NCBI RefSeq assembly: GCF_019236175.1
Contig: NZ_JAFAJM010000018.1
Location: forward strand, 13,296-77,295
DNA length: 64,000 nt
Reading direction: 5' to 3'
Source: Chryseobacterium sp.
GTDB lineage: Bacteria > Bacteroidota > Bacteroidia > Flavobacteriales > Weeksellaceae
Positions within the stretch are counted from its first letter, which is position 1; every line of letters begins with the position of its first letter. The notes below the pieces were generated by a model that saw only the letters and a program-made list of their open reading frames with translations, made no database searches and was not told where the DNA came from. The translations under genes were made by a program, and so were the position numbers. This document shows positions 1-9,760 of the stretch, one piece after another.

Positions 1-1
1 C

Positions 2-1063
2 GCTATTTTTTCCTATGTGCCGGGTCTTTTTTTTCTCACTTTTGCGATGACGAATTACAGAACTGATACAAGGTTCCATCTGTATAAACTGGACTGGCAG
101 AGTTTTATAGTGTACAGCACGATATTGGTCCTGATTGGCTATATCACGATTTACGGACAGGAATATTACTGGCTGGAAGACCCCCGGATTCTCATCAGTA
201 TCATAGGAATCCTTCTTTTATCTATAATGTCAGTGATTCGTCAGCGAGCCATCAAAAGGCCTTATATTGATCTGAGGGTTTTCAGATTCAGAAATTTTAA
301 AGTGGGATTGCTGCTTCTTTTTATTATGTATATCTGCCGTTTTGCTTCCGGAATTACCAATAATTATTTTATTTCGGAACTGCATTTTGACCCGTTCTAC
401 ATTTCGTATATCAATATTTTTAATCTTGCCGGACTGGTAGCCGGAGTGATTATTGCCTGTTGCATGGTATTGCAAAAGAAAGGAATACGGTATATCTGGA
501 TACCCGGTTTTTTAATGCTGCTTTTGTTTCATGGGCTGATGTATTATTCCTTTGATGTTCAGGCAGATGAATTCAATTATTATATTCCGTTATTTCTTCA
601 GGGACTGGGAGTAGGGCTGATTATGGTTCCGACGATTATTTTTATTATATCATCGGTTCCGGCATCTATTGGTCCTTCAGCAGCAGCTACAGCACTGGCG
701 GTCCGGTATTTTGGTTTTTGCGCCAGTATCGCCCTGATCAATTATTTTGAACTTTTTGAAAAAAGCCGACATTACAATGCCTTTCAGGATCACCTTACTG
801 CTGTAGATCCGGCAGTCAAAGATTTCCTTCATAAACAGACTGTCAGACTTACGGGTAAAGGAATGCTTGAAGATCATGCCGCAAAAGCTGCCCATAAACT
901 GATGATCGGAAAAATCAATATGCAGGATCATGTACGCTTTGCAATGGATTATTATGAAATGATGGTGTGGCTGCTTTCTGCATCTTTATTACTGATTATT
1001 GTATTGCCTTATGTAAACCGTACAGCACTTTATCTGAAATCCCGCAGATTATCTCCTGCATAA
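2..1063 (+). CDS. MFS transporter, C-terminal part (5' end lies before the window)
   Basis: Many hydrophobic TM segments, a LQGLGVGLIMVP-type MFS motif and a DHA2/EmrB-like soluble loop before the last helix. The frame is open back to base 2, so the track start at 17 is not the real start. Confidence 0.75.
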   Translation, partial: AIFSYVPGLFFLTFAMTNYRTDTRFHLYKLDWQSFIVYSTILVLIGYITIYGQEYYWLEDPRILISIIGILLLSIMSVIRQRAIKRPYIDLRVFRFRNFKVGLLLLFIMYICRFASGITNNYFISELHFDPFYISYINIFNLAGLVAGVIIACCMVLQKKGIRYIWIPGFLMLLLFHGLMYYSFDVQADEFNYYIPLFLQGLGVGLIMVPTIIFIISSVPASIGPSAAATALAVRYFGFCASIALINYFELFEKSRHYNAFQDHLTAVDPAVKDFLHKQTVRLTGKGMLEDHAAKAAHKLMIGKINMQDHVRFAMDYYEMMVWLLSASLLLIIVLPYVNRTALYLKSRRLSPA

Positions 1064-1157
1064 GGAGTTTAGTTTGACAGAAAATATGAAAGCTCGTATG
1101 TTCAAGTTGTAAAAAAATAGGATAGCTGGTTCAGCTCGTTTTATAGTTAGAGTGGTT

Positions 1158-1188
1158 GAGACTGTCTTTCAAAGACAGTCTCTTTTTT
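1158..1188 (+). terminator. Rho-independent terminator
   Basis: GAGACTGTCTTT-C-AAAGACAGTCTC perfect 12-bp stem followed by a T-run, downstream of the MFS gene. Confidence 0.75.
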
Positions 1189-1254
1189 ATTCAAAAATTC
1201 TGGTTTCATATGTTATGATATGTTCACAATTAATTTGTTGGAATAGTGAATAGG

Positions 1255-1307
1255 AACGGGCTAAAGCCCGTTCAATAAAAAAATGAAACTTTTTATCGGC
1301 TTTAGCC
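1255..1307. repeat. Short palindromic intergenic element (REP-like)
   Basis: AACGGGCTAAAGCCCGTT (1255-1272) and related GGCTTTAGCC (1298-1307) between convergent genes. Confidence 0.35.
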
Positions 1308-1331
1308 AAAACTTATACTTTTAAGACATTA

Positions 1332-2366
1332 CTATTGTACTCCGCTTTCCAGAATTGAAAAGGTCTGATCAATGCAGTTGATTTCTGCCAGCCTGCCATA
1401 AGGCAATGTGAAAGTAGGGCAGGTATGTCCAAAGTCCATCTGAGTAACGACAGGTAGATCGTAAAGCCCTTCTTCATCCAGTATTTTCAGTAATTCTGCT
1501 TCGTACTCCTCAGCATACAGGTCATCGTATGGCCTTCCGAAAATAATTCCTTTGGCATTTTTCAGAATTCCGGTGGCTGCATAATTTCGCAACCAATATC
1601 TGACATAATCAGGATGAGGTTTCCCTTCCGAAGTTTCAAAAAAGAGGATACAGTCTTTCCATATTTCAGGATCCGGCCAGTAATCTGTGCCTTTAAGCAT
1701 TTCAAGGACTTCCAGACATCCGCCGATCAACGGTCCCTGTACAACAGAATTCCCTCTGATAAAATGCCAGCCCGATGAAGGGTTCAGCTTTCTTTTAGTG
1801 TCCTGTAAAGAAATATCAAACCAATCGAGAAATTCCGTAGTCCATCCCTCTCTATTAGGGGAGATCTGTCCGATCACAGAATTCGAAAACAACGTTTTCT
1901 TAATATCGTGAATCTGATAGTCATGCATTGCTGCATTTTCTGCAAATCCTACCAGAACAGAAGTTCCGTAAAAAGAGCTCAGACCGGCTTTCAGACAGAT
2001 GAAATGAGTAACAGTACTGTCTGAAAAACCCAAAAATATCTTTGGATTATTTTTAATGACATCAATATTAATATATTTCAACATCCGGATGCTGTCGTCT
2101 CCGCCGATATTTGAAATAACTGCTTTAACAGACGGATCTGAGAAAGCTTCCATTAAATCCTTAGCTCTGGCTTCCGGATGATCATAGATCCATGATGAGG
2201 GTTTCAGTGCATTAGGGGTTTCAGTCACTTCAAGATTAAAAATTTCCTGCAAGCGTTCTTTGCCTTTTAAATACCGATGTGATAAATCACCGGCACCTCC
2301 CCATGACATGGATATAGTGGCTACTTTATCGCCGGGTGCCAAACCTTTTGGAGTTATTAATTTCAT
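1332..2366 (-). CDS. S66 family peptidase (LD-carboxypeptidase/MccF-like)
   Basis: Catalytic triad motifs GFSDST (Ser), FFETSE (Glu), DFGHT (His), plus IGGDDS. Confidence 0.9.
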   Translation of the reverse strand: MKLITPKGLAPGDKVATISMSWGGAGDLSHRYLKGKERLQEIFNLEVTETPNALKPSSWIYDHPEARAKDLMEAFSDPSVKAVISNIGGDDSIRMLKYINIDVIKNNPKIFLGFSDSTVTHFICLKAGLSSFYGTSVLVGFAENAAMHDYQIHDIKKTLFSNSVIGQISPNREGWTTEFLDWFDISLQDTKRKLNPSSGWHFIRGNSVVQGPLIGGCLEVLEMLKGTDYWPDPEIWKDCILFFETSEGKPHPDYVRYWLRNYAATGILKNAKGIIFGRPYDDLYAEEYEAELLKILDEEGLYDLPVVTQMDFGHTCPTFTLPYGRLAEINCIDQTFSILESGVQ

Positions 2367-2868
2367 AAATACCAGATTGTTAAAAATAGAAACTGATGAA
2401 TGTCGGTTGAGTTACTGAAAGCATAAACCGGTGAACGTTTTATACTCATTCCGCCAAAAATAGAATTTCCTGATAAGAAATACAAAAAAATAGATTGAAA
2501 AGTCGTTGAAATAATGGCTTTTAAGGATTTCTTGTATTGCTGCACAAGATAAAGAGTCGTAGAACTACTACAATTTTTCAATTAAGTGAAAATTCATTTT
2601 GTTGTGAATTTTTATAGTGATAAATTGGTATGACCAAGTCACAATATAATTAAATGAAGAAAACTAAATATCTGAAAGCTGATCGGGAAGAGATATAGGC
2701 TTATCTCTTCCAATTTCTTATCTCCGATCTACAGACAGCAGCTTATCATGGTTAATCTGTTTAGGGGCCAGTAAACAGATTATCCGGTTGCCCGCTGAAA
2801 TTACGGCCATACTTTTAGTCCGGATTTATTCCGGAAAACTCCTGTATACATCAACAAAACAATAGGTT

Positions 2869-4986
2869 ATGTTTAAAGAATCATCCGATGGAAAGTTGCC
2901 TAAGGGTGGGGGAAGGGCTCAGGTTCCTGTAAATTCAGAAGAAATAAAAGCGATGGGAGCAGATCCTTTAAGTACCCTGTCCAAAGCTCAGTCTGTAAAA
3001 GACGGCGTTATGTTTATGAATAATACCCTGGCTCCCAACCAGACCTCGGTGGTGAATGATAAAATCTGGACCAATCAGCCTACTTCGCGTATTCATAATG
3101 CTGCGTCCATTCCTTCCAATCAGATTCAGGGAATCAATCGTGTGGTAAAACTGGATATTGTAGTAGAAGGTAAAATAATCAAACATTTCAAACATTTCAG
3201 ATTACACCAGTCTGCGGTAAAGCACCATGAATTTGAGCTTACCCTTGCTTACGATACCTTAGGCAGTCCGGAAAACCATAATCTGGGTGAAGTTCAGAAT
3301 TTTTTAGGAAAAAGAATCACAGTCATTTCCAAATATAAAGATGTTGAAGACGGGCCTGAAAGAAGTTTTGTAGGTGTAATTACAGAAGTAGGGTTCAGCC
3401 AGGAAAAAGGCAGTCTTGGAAATGTTGTCCTTACCGGCTCCAGTCCGACAGTTCTGCTCGATGCAGCACCCCATATCCAGAGCTTTGGCGGAGGCCAGCC
3501 GATAAGTCTCAACAGTATTGCCAGTGAAGTCATTAAAGAAGGACTGGGATCCAGTAAATTTGATTTCAGGGTAGATGCACAACATGGAAATGTTTCTTAC
3601 AGTTCCCAATACGAAGAAACCCATTATAATTATCTGGCGAGAATGGCTGAAGCTTACGGGGAACAGTTTTTCTATGACGGAGAAGTTCTGCATTTCGGAA
3701 AGCTACCGCCACAGGAAAAACCACTGACGCTTACTTACGGAAGCAGTGTTCACGATATCAAGATCAAAATGAAAGCCCAGCATGTGAATCCTACATTCTA
3801 TGGATACAACAGCAGCAAAAATGAAAAACTGATCACAGGAAGTTCTAAAATAAACCATACTTCAGATATTGCCAAAAGAGCCTATGAGATTTCCGAGAAG
3901 GTTTTTAAAACACCTTCGCTCAGGGTTGCTCCCATTAAGGCTTCCTCATTTATGGATGTGGATGCTTCCCAGAAAGGAACGGCAGGAAGTAAAGCTTCCC
4001 AGGTTTTTGTGACTTCGGGAACAACCACGGTACCCTTTCTGTATCCCGGATGTACGGCAGATATTGAAATGAGGAAAACGGACAGCAATGAAACCTCTTA
4101 TTTTACCAAGCTGATGATTACAGAAGTCACTCATGAAGTGGATGCCAGAGGATATTATAACGGGAGTTTTGAAGCCATTGCTGCAGATACCGGATATATT
4201 CCGAGACCTGAATTTGATTCTCCGAGAGCAGAAGCCCAGTTTGCCAAAGTGATTTCCAATACCGATCCTTTAAATCAGGGAAGGGTACAGGTACAGTTTG
4301 ACTGGCAGAAAGGTCCCAATACAACGGAATTTATCAGGGTGATGACTCCCGATGCGGGAAGCAGTGATAAGGTAAGTACAAACCGTGGATTCATGGCTGT
4401 TCCGGAAGTCGGCGACCAGGTGATTGTCAATTTCGTACACCAGCATCCTGACCGTCCTTTTGTGATGGGCGGAATGTTTCATGGTGGTATCGGAGCAGGA
4501 GGCGGAGCCGGAAACAACGTAAAAAGTTTAAGCAGCCGGAGCGGAAACAAACTGGAGCTGAATGACGGTGAAGGTTCCGTATTGCTTACCGATCAGGGCG
4601 GGGCCAATATGAAATTCGACGGGGCCGGAAATGCGGTTACCAATGCCAATAAAAACAAGGAAGTCAACGTAGGTAATGATAACACCGTAAGAGCCGGAAA
4701 TACCAATATGATCAATGTAGGTGATGCATCTGTCCTTCAGATGGATAAAACAGGAAAAGTTTCCCTTACGGCCAATACCGAATTTAAAATCGTGGTCGGA
4801 GCCAGTACCGTTATCATTGATAAAGAAGGAAAAATTACGATCAACGGAAAAGAAATCAAGATTGATGCAAAAGAAAGCATTGATTTTTCAGCAACCAACG
4901 ATACGAAACTGGGGGGCAAAAATGTAACCGTGACCGGAAGTTCGGAAGTTCAGGTGAACGGAAGTAAAGTCAATATTAATAAGTAA
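2869..4986 (+). CDS. vgrG: Type VI secretion spike protein VgrG (Bacteroidota T6SSiii type)
   Basis: QYEETHYNYLARMAEAYGEQFFYDG (phage GPD-like), DPLNQGRVQVQFDW and VPEVGDQVIVNFVHQHPDRPFVMG (gp5 OB-fold), C-terminal beta-helix repeats. Confidence 0.93.
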   Translation: MFKESSDGKLPKGGGRAQVPVNSEEIKAMGADPLSTLSKAQSVKDGVMFMNNTLAPNQTSVVNDKIWTNQPTSRIHNAASIPSNQIQGINRVVKLDIVVEGKIIKHFKHFRLHQSAVKHHEFELTLAYDTLGSPENHNLGEVQNFLGKRITVISKYKDVEDGPERSFVGVITEVGFSQEKGSLGNVVLTGSSPTVLLDAAPHIQSFGGGQPISLNSIASEVIKEGLGSSKFDFRVDAQHGNVSYSSQYEETHYNYLARMAEAYGEQFFYDGEVLHFGKLPPQEKPLTLTYGSSVHDIKIKMKAQHVNPTFYGYNSSKNEKLITGSSKINHTSDIAKRAYEISEKVFKTPSLRVAPIKASSFMDVDASQKGTAGSKASQVFVTSGTTTVPFLYPGCTADIEMRKTDSNETSYFTKLMITEVTHEVDARGYYNGSFEAIAADTGYIPRPEFDSPRAEAQFAKVISNTDPLNQGRVQVQFDWQKGPNTTEFIRVMTPDAGSSDKVSTNRGFMAVPEVGDQVIVNFVHQHPDRPFVMGGMFHGGIGAGGGAGNNVKSLSSRSGNKLELNDGEGSVLLTDQGGANMKFDGAGNAVTNANKNKEVNVGNDNTVRAGNTNMINVGDASVLQMDKTGKVSLTANTEFKIVVGASTVIIDKEGKITINGKEIKIDAKESIDFSATNDTKLGGKNVTVTGSSEVQVNGSKVNINK

Positions 4987-4992
4987 TCATAT

Positions 4993-5799
4993 ATGGAGAT
5001 TGGTAAAGACTACCGTTATAATACGGATATTATTGGAAAAACCAAAGTACATAGCTTAGACAGCAATTATAAAATAAACATTAAAACTTCAGTCACCTAT
5101 AAAGGAAAAGATCCCGATCTGGATTATCACATTTTTGAAATTACCGAAACAGACTATCATCTCGAAATGTATGAAGATCCTCTGATTGTCCAGATCACTG
5201 AAATGACCAACAAAGTATGCAGCATTTACAGCACACTGGAAGTGGGGATCAATAAAAAAGGAGAAATTGCCAGAATCTACAACGGAGATATGATCCGCGA
5301 TAAATGGAAAGGGGTAAAAGAATGGCTTACCAATGCCCATCCTATCGAAGCTTATGAAATAATCAGGGCTAAAGAATATGAACTCACCAATGAAGAGATG
5401 GAAATAAAAAGCATCCGGTATATTCATTTCCTCTACCAGTTCTTCTATATTTTCGGAAAAGAACCGATGGACGAAGGTTCCAGAAGCTATCTCAGGAGAG
5501 AAGATATGGACAGGTTCGGAGCCGGTATCGTGATTCCCGTGAATCTTTCCGTATCCGAAAAAAATACGGAACACGGAACTGATGAATGGAAGGTGGAAGG
5601 AAAGATGATCCGTGATGAAAAAATGATCCGAAGGCTACGGGAATTTGCAAAAGATAATTTTATGCATCCCGAATATCTAGTAAAAGGAAAATACCTGTAT
5701 GACGACCGGATATTGTTAAAATCTGATTTTATCATTACCGAGAAGCTGGGTGAGTTTTTCTATTATCACTGTTTTATGGATACCCAATTAGAATTGTAA
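4993..5799 (+). CDS. Hypothetical protein between vgrG and PAAR-like toxin (possible adaptor)
   Basis: 268-aa ORF with tight spacing to both neighbours (6 and 4 nt). No recognisable motif. Confidence 0.7.
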   Translation: MEIGKDYRYNTDIIGKTKVHSLDSNYKINIKTSVTYKGKDPDLDYHIFEITETDYHLEMYEDPLIVQITEMTNKVCSIYSTLEVGINKKGEIARIYNGDMIRDKWKGVKEWLTNAHPIEAYEIIRAKEYELTNEEMEIKSIRYIHFLYQFFYIFGKEPMDEGSRSYLRREDMDRFGAGIVIPVNLSVSEKNTEHGTDEWKVEGKMIRDEKMIRRLREFAKDNFMHPEYLVKGKYLYDDRILLKSDFIITEKLGEFFYYHCFMDTQLEL

Positions 5800-5803
5800 C
5801 ACC

Positions 5804-7441
5804 ATGGAAGATGAACAGTATCTTACCGAAAAACATTATCTGGTCTGCGACAAAGGAGTGGCTCCGAAACAAATGAAGGTCACCAGTCAGGATTTTGTAA
5901 CCTTCAGTGGAGATAAAGCCGCTACAGAGCTGGATACCCTGAAAGGGAACAACTTCGTCTGCCTTGGCAGTGTGGCTTTTATGGCCGGAGCTGCCGCAGG
6001 AATCGCCGTGGGGATATGTGCCATGATCCCGGGACCTGGCTGGCTGGTTGCAGCCATTATCGCCGCTGCTATTTTGGCTGCGGTAGCTATCGGGCTGATC
6101 AAATGTAAAGCTGCCGCTTCCCAGAGAATCTGGACCAATACGTCCCAAAAATTCTCCATACAGGATCATAAAACGCTTACCCTTTCATCCATTATGGTTT
6201 GTCCGGCAGAAGGCGGAACCATTACCGCCAAAGAAACTGTTTGGGAAGCGTGGGGTAGTGCTGCCCTTACCAATCTGGGCCATGTCGCCAACTTTGCCTT
6301 TGGGTTTCTGGCCGGTCGCGGAGCAGTAGGTATGGTGAGTGGAGCTGCCGGAGCCACTGCAGCAGCGGGAGCCACAGGAATGCGACAGACTGCCGCAACT
6401 TTCGGCCGTGAATTTGCACGCCAGTTTGCCAATACGGCACGAAAAGAATTAATAGAGCAGTTTACCTTTAAAGGGTTTAAAAATGCATCGCTATTCTGTA
6501 AAACCATGCGCGGGCTTGGGATTGGCGGAGCCTATTACGACCAGTACAATATCTGGAGCAGTGATAAAGATGTTCTTGAAAAACTGAAAGACAGTGGCGT
6601 AAGCCTTGTATTGGGAATTTTTGCAGCAAAAGGAGCTACATTGGTTTGTTTTCCGGAAGGAACCAAAGTGCACACTCCGGAGGGACTGGCCAACATAGAA
6701 GACCTGTCAGAAGGCGACCTCGTTCTTACCTATAACGAACTTACCAAAGACCAGGAATATCAGCCTATCCTTACAAAGTACGAAAGATTTACCCAGCAAA
6801 TGCTCTCTTTGGAGTTACCTACTGGAGAATTTGTACGTGTGACTCCTGAACACCGTTTTTTCTGTAATGATGAATGGATTGAAGCTGGTAACTTAAAAGC
6901 CGGAGATCTTCTACATTTAAAAGGTGGCGATTATACTACTGTTATTAGTGTAGAAACATTGCCACATTACGAAAAAGTTTATAATTTTGATATCCAGGCC
7001 AATGAAAATTATTATGTTACTGAGGATGGGATTCTGGTGCATAATGGTAGATATAGAGCAATAGATAAAGCACAGCAATATGAAGATGATATTCAAAATT
7101 TATATGGAGGAGCTGCAAATTTTAATTCAAGACAATATACTGCGATAGTTGATGGACAACTAGTAAATGGTGTTGCTGATAATGTTGCTGTTATTAATGG
7201 GAGAAATGTTGCTATTGAAGCTAAATTTGTAGAAGATTGGAACAAGTCTTTAAGAAATCCTCTGGATACTAAACCTTGGGCAATAGCTGAACAAAACAAA
7301 ATGCTTGATCAAGCAAAAAAATACTCCAATGCTTTTGATGAAGTTATATATCACACAAATAGCCAAGAATTAGCGGATCATTATTCACAGGTTTTTAGCC
7401 AAAATGGTATTACTAATGTAAGATTTGAAATAACACCTTAA
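5804..7441 (+). CDS. DUF4280 (PAAR-like)-TM-Hint-restriction endonuclease-fold polymorphic toxin
   Basis: N-terminal LVCDKG...FVC...C...W...SIMVCPAEGGTI (DUF4280-like). Hint domain from CFPEGT (6647) via VTPEH to LVHN (7045). C-terminal GVADNV...AIEAKF...QAKKY PD-(D/E)xK-type motif (Tox-REase-3-like). Confidence 0.85.
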   Translation: MEDEQYLTEKHYLVCDKGVAPKQMKVTSQDFVTFSGDKAATELDTLKGNNFVCLGSVAFMAGAAAGIAVGICAMIPGPGWLVAAIIAAAILAAVAIGLIKCKAAASQRIWTNTSQKFSIQDHKTLTLSSIMVCPAEGGTITAKETVWEAWGSAALTNLGHVANFAFGFLAGRGAVGMVSGAAGATAAAGATGMRQTAATFGREFARQFANTARKELIEQFTFKGFKNASLFCKTMRGLGIGGAYYDQYNIWSSDKDVLEKLKDSGVSLVLGIFAAKGATLVCFPEGTKVHTPEGLANIEDLSEGDLVLTYNELTKDQEYQPILTKYERFTQQMLSLELPTGEFVRVTPEHRFFCNDEWIEAGNLKAGDLLHLKGGDYTTVISVETLPHYEKVYNFDIQANENYYVTEDGILVHNGRYRAIDKAQQYEDDIQNLYGGAANFNSRQYTAIVDGQLVNGVADNVAVINGRNVAIEAKFVEDWNKSLRNPLDTKPWAIAEQNKMLDQAKKYSNAFDEVIYHTNSQELADHYSQVFSQNGITNVRFEITP

Positions 7442-7446
7442 TTATT

Positions 7447-7884
7447 ATGAAAATAGAAAAAGTGCTTCTTCCAGGAAAAGAAGAATTTGATTTTAGAGAA
7501 TACAGATACATTTATATCCAAAGTGGTAATGGAAAAATTACAAAAAATAATTTTGTTAATATAGTTTCTTCTGCTCATACACCTTTAATTCCTAAAAATG
7601 GCGGCGTTTTAAGTGAAAATTTTATTATAATTACTCCGGATAACAGACATTTTTATGGATTGTCTTATTCGAAAGATTTAGCCGGATGGAGGCAACAGAT
7701 CGAAAAAGGCTCAGCAATACTTAATCTAAATATTGGAGAAATTAAAGATGGAAAATATTTTTCTGTACTTAATGGAGAAAAATATAAATTAGAAGATTGT
7801 CAGTTTGAACGTTATAATTTTTATGATGAAACAGGTAATTTAATACAACCTAATACTCCTATAGAAAAAGAGAAAATATTATAA
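7447..7884 (+). CDS. Putative cognate immunity protein of the REase-fold toxin
   Basis: Small AT-rich ORF 5 nt downstream of the toxin stop. Positional inference only. Confidence 0.6.
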   Translation: MKIEKVLLPGKEEFDFREYRYIYIQSGNGKITKNNFVNIVSSAHTPLIPKNGGVLSENFIIITPDNRHFYGLSYSKDLAGWRQQIEKGSAILNLNIGEIKDGKYFSVLNGEKYKLEDCQFERYNFYDETGNLIQPNTPIEKEKIL

Positions 7885-7925
7885 AAAACAGACTCTCACA
7901 GACAGTATGTTTTTTTAACCCATTA

Positions 7926-8120
7926 CAGTCATGGTATTCCTCAAACGGTAGTGAATATGCAGAAATATTGGATGCAGGAGATGAAAATTATGTTCCTGAA
8001 AATTCTTTTTTAAATATGGAAAAGACTGTAAATATTATCAATGAATTTTTTCAGAATCCTTTGCAAAAACCAAATATCGTAGAGTGGAATAATGCTGAAG
8101 ATTTTGATGGGAATGAATAA
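7926..8120 (+). pseudogene. 5'-truncated immunity gene fragment (QSWYSSNG...EDFDGNE*)
   Basis: Open frame without a start codon, near-identical to 9570-9760. Confidence 0.6.
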
Positions 8121-8190
8121 AGAGTTGCGTTTAATGAAGCTTTTTTTATAAATCCTCGAGTTTGAATAAAATTATTGGAACCCTAAGACT

Positions 8191-8637
8191 ATGAAAATTA
8201 AGGCATACCAAAATGGTGATTCAGAAAAAGTTAAACAACTTGAAAAAAACTTTAAGATAAAATTACCAGATGATTATCAAAAATTTCTTGTAGAATGTAA
8301 TGGAGGACTCGTTGAGAATGCGTATCTGTACATTAAGGATTTAAATGAATACATGATAATGGGCAATTTTTTTGGAATTGAGATTGAAAAAGGATTTGCA
8401 GATATCGTAAAAATAAATGATGAGTATGATGATGATATTCCTGAAAAATCTTTACTCATTGGAAGTGACGCTGGTAGTGGTTTTTTATTGTTAGTTAATG
8501 ATGGTGATAATAATGGGATCAGGTATTATGACCATACTTATTTTTTTGATGAATCTTCGGATGATTTAAATACGTATTACATCTGTGGAACCTTTACAGA
8601 GTTTTTGAAACTGCTTGAAATAACAAAACCAGACTAA
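8191..8637 (+). CDS. SMI1/KNR4 (SUKH) family immunity protein
   Basis: LEKNFKIKLPDDYQKFLVECNGG, IGSDAGS, and C-terminal ICGTFTEFL motif. Confidence 0.88.
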   Translation: MKIKAYQNGDSEKVKQLEKNFKIKLPDDYQKFLVECNGGLVENAYLYIKDLNEYMIMGNFFGIEIEKGFADIVKINDEYDDDIPEKSLLIGSDAGSGFLLLVNDGDNNGIRYYDHTYFFDESSDDLNTYYICGTFTEFLKLLEITKPD

Positions 8638-8681
8638 TATAAATATATTAATATTTTTAAGGCGGCTTTTGAGAATAAACT

Positions 8682-8855
8682 ATGAGTGAAATTAAAATAA
8701 CTTTTTTAGATAAGGTAAACAACGAAAACCTTAGTAAAAGTGATGTTGTAAACTTGTTTAAAAATCTAAATGATACAGATCTAGAGTATTCCAATACTTT
8801 AGAAAGGATAATAGAAAGCAATGTCAATCCAAAAAAAATAGATATAAATTTCTAA
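8682..8855 (+). pseudogene. Chimeric short ORF: first 39 codons of the 9336 immunity gene fused to an unrelated tail
   Basis: 8682-8797 matches 9336-9451 with one mismatch, then diverges abruptly into LERIIESNVNPKKIDINF*. Confidence 0.6.
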
Positions 8856-8862
8856 TAATAAC

Positions 8863-9306
8863 ATGTCATACACCCAGGAAAACTTTCAAGACTGGATTTT
8901 TTTCATCGGAGAAAAGATGGATTCATTTACAGAAGACTTTGCAAAAAGAAATCATCTTAATCTGGATTATAGTATCAAATCACTGGATGATTTGGAACAA
9001 TGGATTATCAATAACTGTCCATCGATCAATAATTTAAAAGAAGACCCTTCAATGTTAGACCTTCTTACCATTTACATCGGAGAGACGTTTAGAAAACATA
9101 TTGGTGGTAAATGGGTGATGGATACTGAAGATCAGGATAATGCGTATTACATGATGCCTGTTCTTACAAGTCCTGATTATCAAGGTGAAGTATATAAAGC
9201 TCCACGAACTTTTGCAACAGCTTCTATTCCAAGGAAAAAAGGAAATTATATCAGTACTATTTTAAAGAATAATATGGAAGATATGGGAATTCCTATTAAT
9301 GAATAA
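8863..9306 (+). CDS. Putative immunity protein, copy 1
   Basis: 147-aa ORF in the immunity array, near-identical to 10935-11378. Confidence 0.7.
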   Translation: MSYTQENFQDWIFFIGEKMDSFTEDFAKRNHLNLDYSIKSLDDLEQWIINNCPSINNLKEDPSMLDLLTIYIGETFRKHIGGKWVMDTEDQDNAYYMMPVLTSPDYQGEVYKAPRTFATASIPRKKGNYISTILKNNMEDMGIPINE

Positions 9307-9335
9307 ATTATTGAGGGATAGATCTTGTTTTATTT

Positions 9336-9760
9336 ATGAGTGAAATTAAAATAACTTTTTTAGATAAGGTAAACAATGAAAACCTTAGTAAAAGTGATGT
9401 TGTAAACTTGTTTAAAAATCTAAATGATACAGATCTAGAGTATTCCAATACAGGATATTTTCAATTTGAAATTTCTGATGAAAGCAATATTATCTTGAAG
9501 TTTTCTGCTATAGATAAAGAAAATATTTCATTCTGATATGATGAAAACATTCCAAATATAAGAAACGGTCAGTCATGGTATTCCTCAAACGGTAGTGATG
9601 ATTCAGAAATAGTGGATGCAGGAGATGAAAATTATGTTCCTGAAAATTCTTTTGTAAATATGGAAAAGACCGTAAATATTATCAATGAGTTTTTTGAAAA
9701 TCCTAAACAAAAGCAAGTATTGTATTTTGGACAAATGCAGAGGGTTTTGACTGGGAATAA
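9336..9760 (+). pseudogene. Immunity-like gene with premature stop and 3' frameshift
   Basis: In-frame TGA at 9534-9536. The frame continues YDENIPNIRNGQSWYSSNG...; the end WTNAEGFDWE* is in another frame and parallels WNNAEDFDGNE* of the 7926 fragment. Confidence 0.65.

Noticed and set aside
6647-7048. Hint domain as a true protein-splicing intein (selfish element)
   Set aside because: The +1 residue is Gly and there is no homing endonuclease. The context fits polymorphic-toxin Hint cleavage.
9534-9536. Programmed TGA read-through or selenocysteine in the 9336 gene
   Set aside because: The same gene also has a 3' frameshift and fragmented copies nearby, and no SECIS-like hairpin is evident. 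Ordinary pseudogenisation is simpler.
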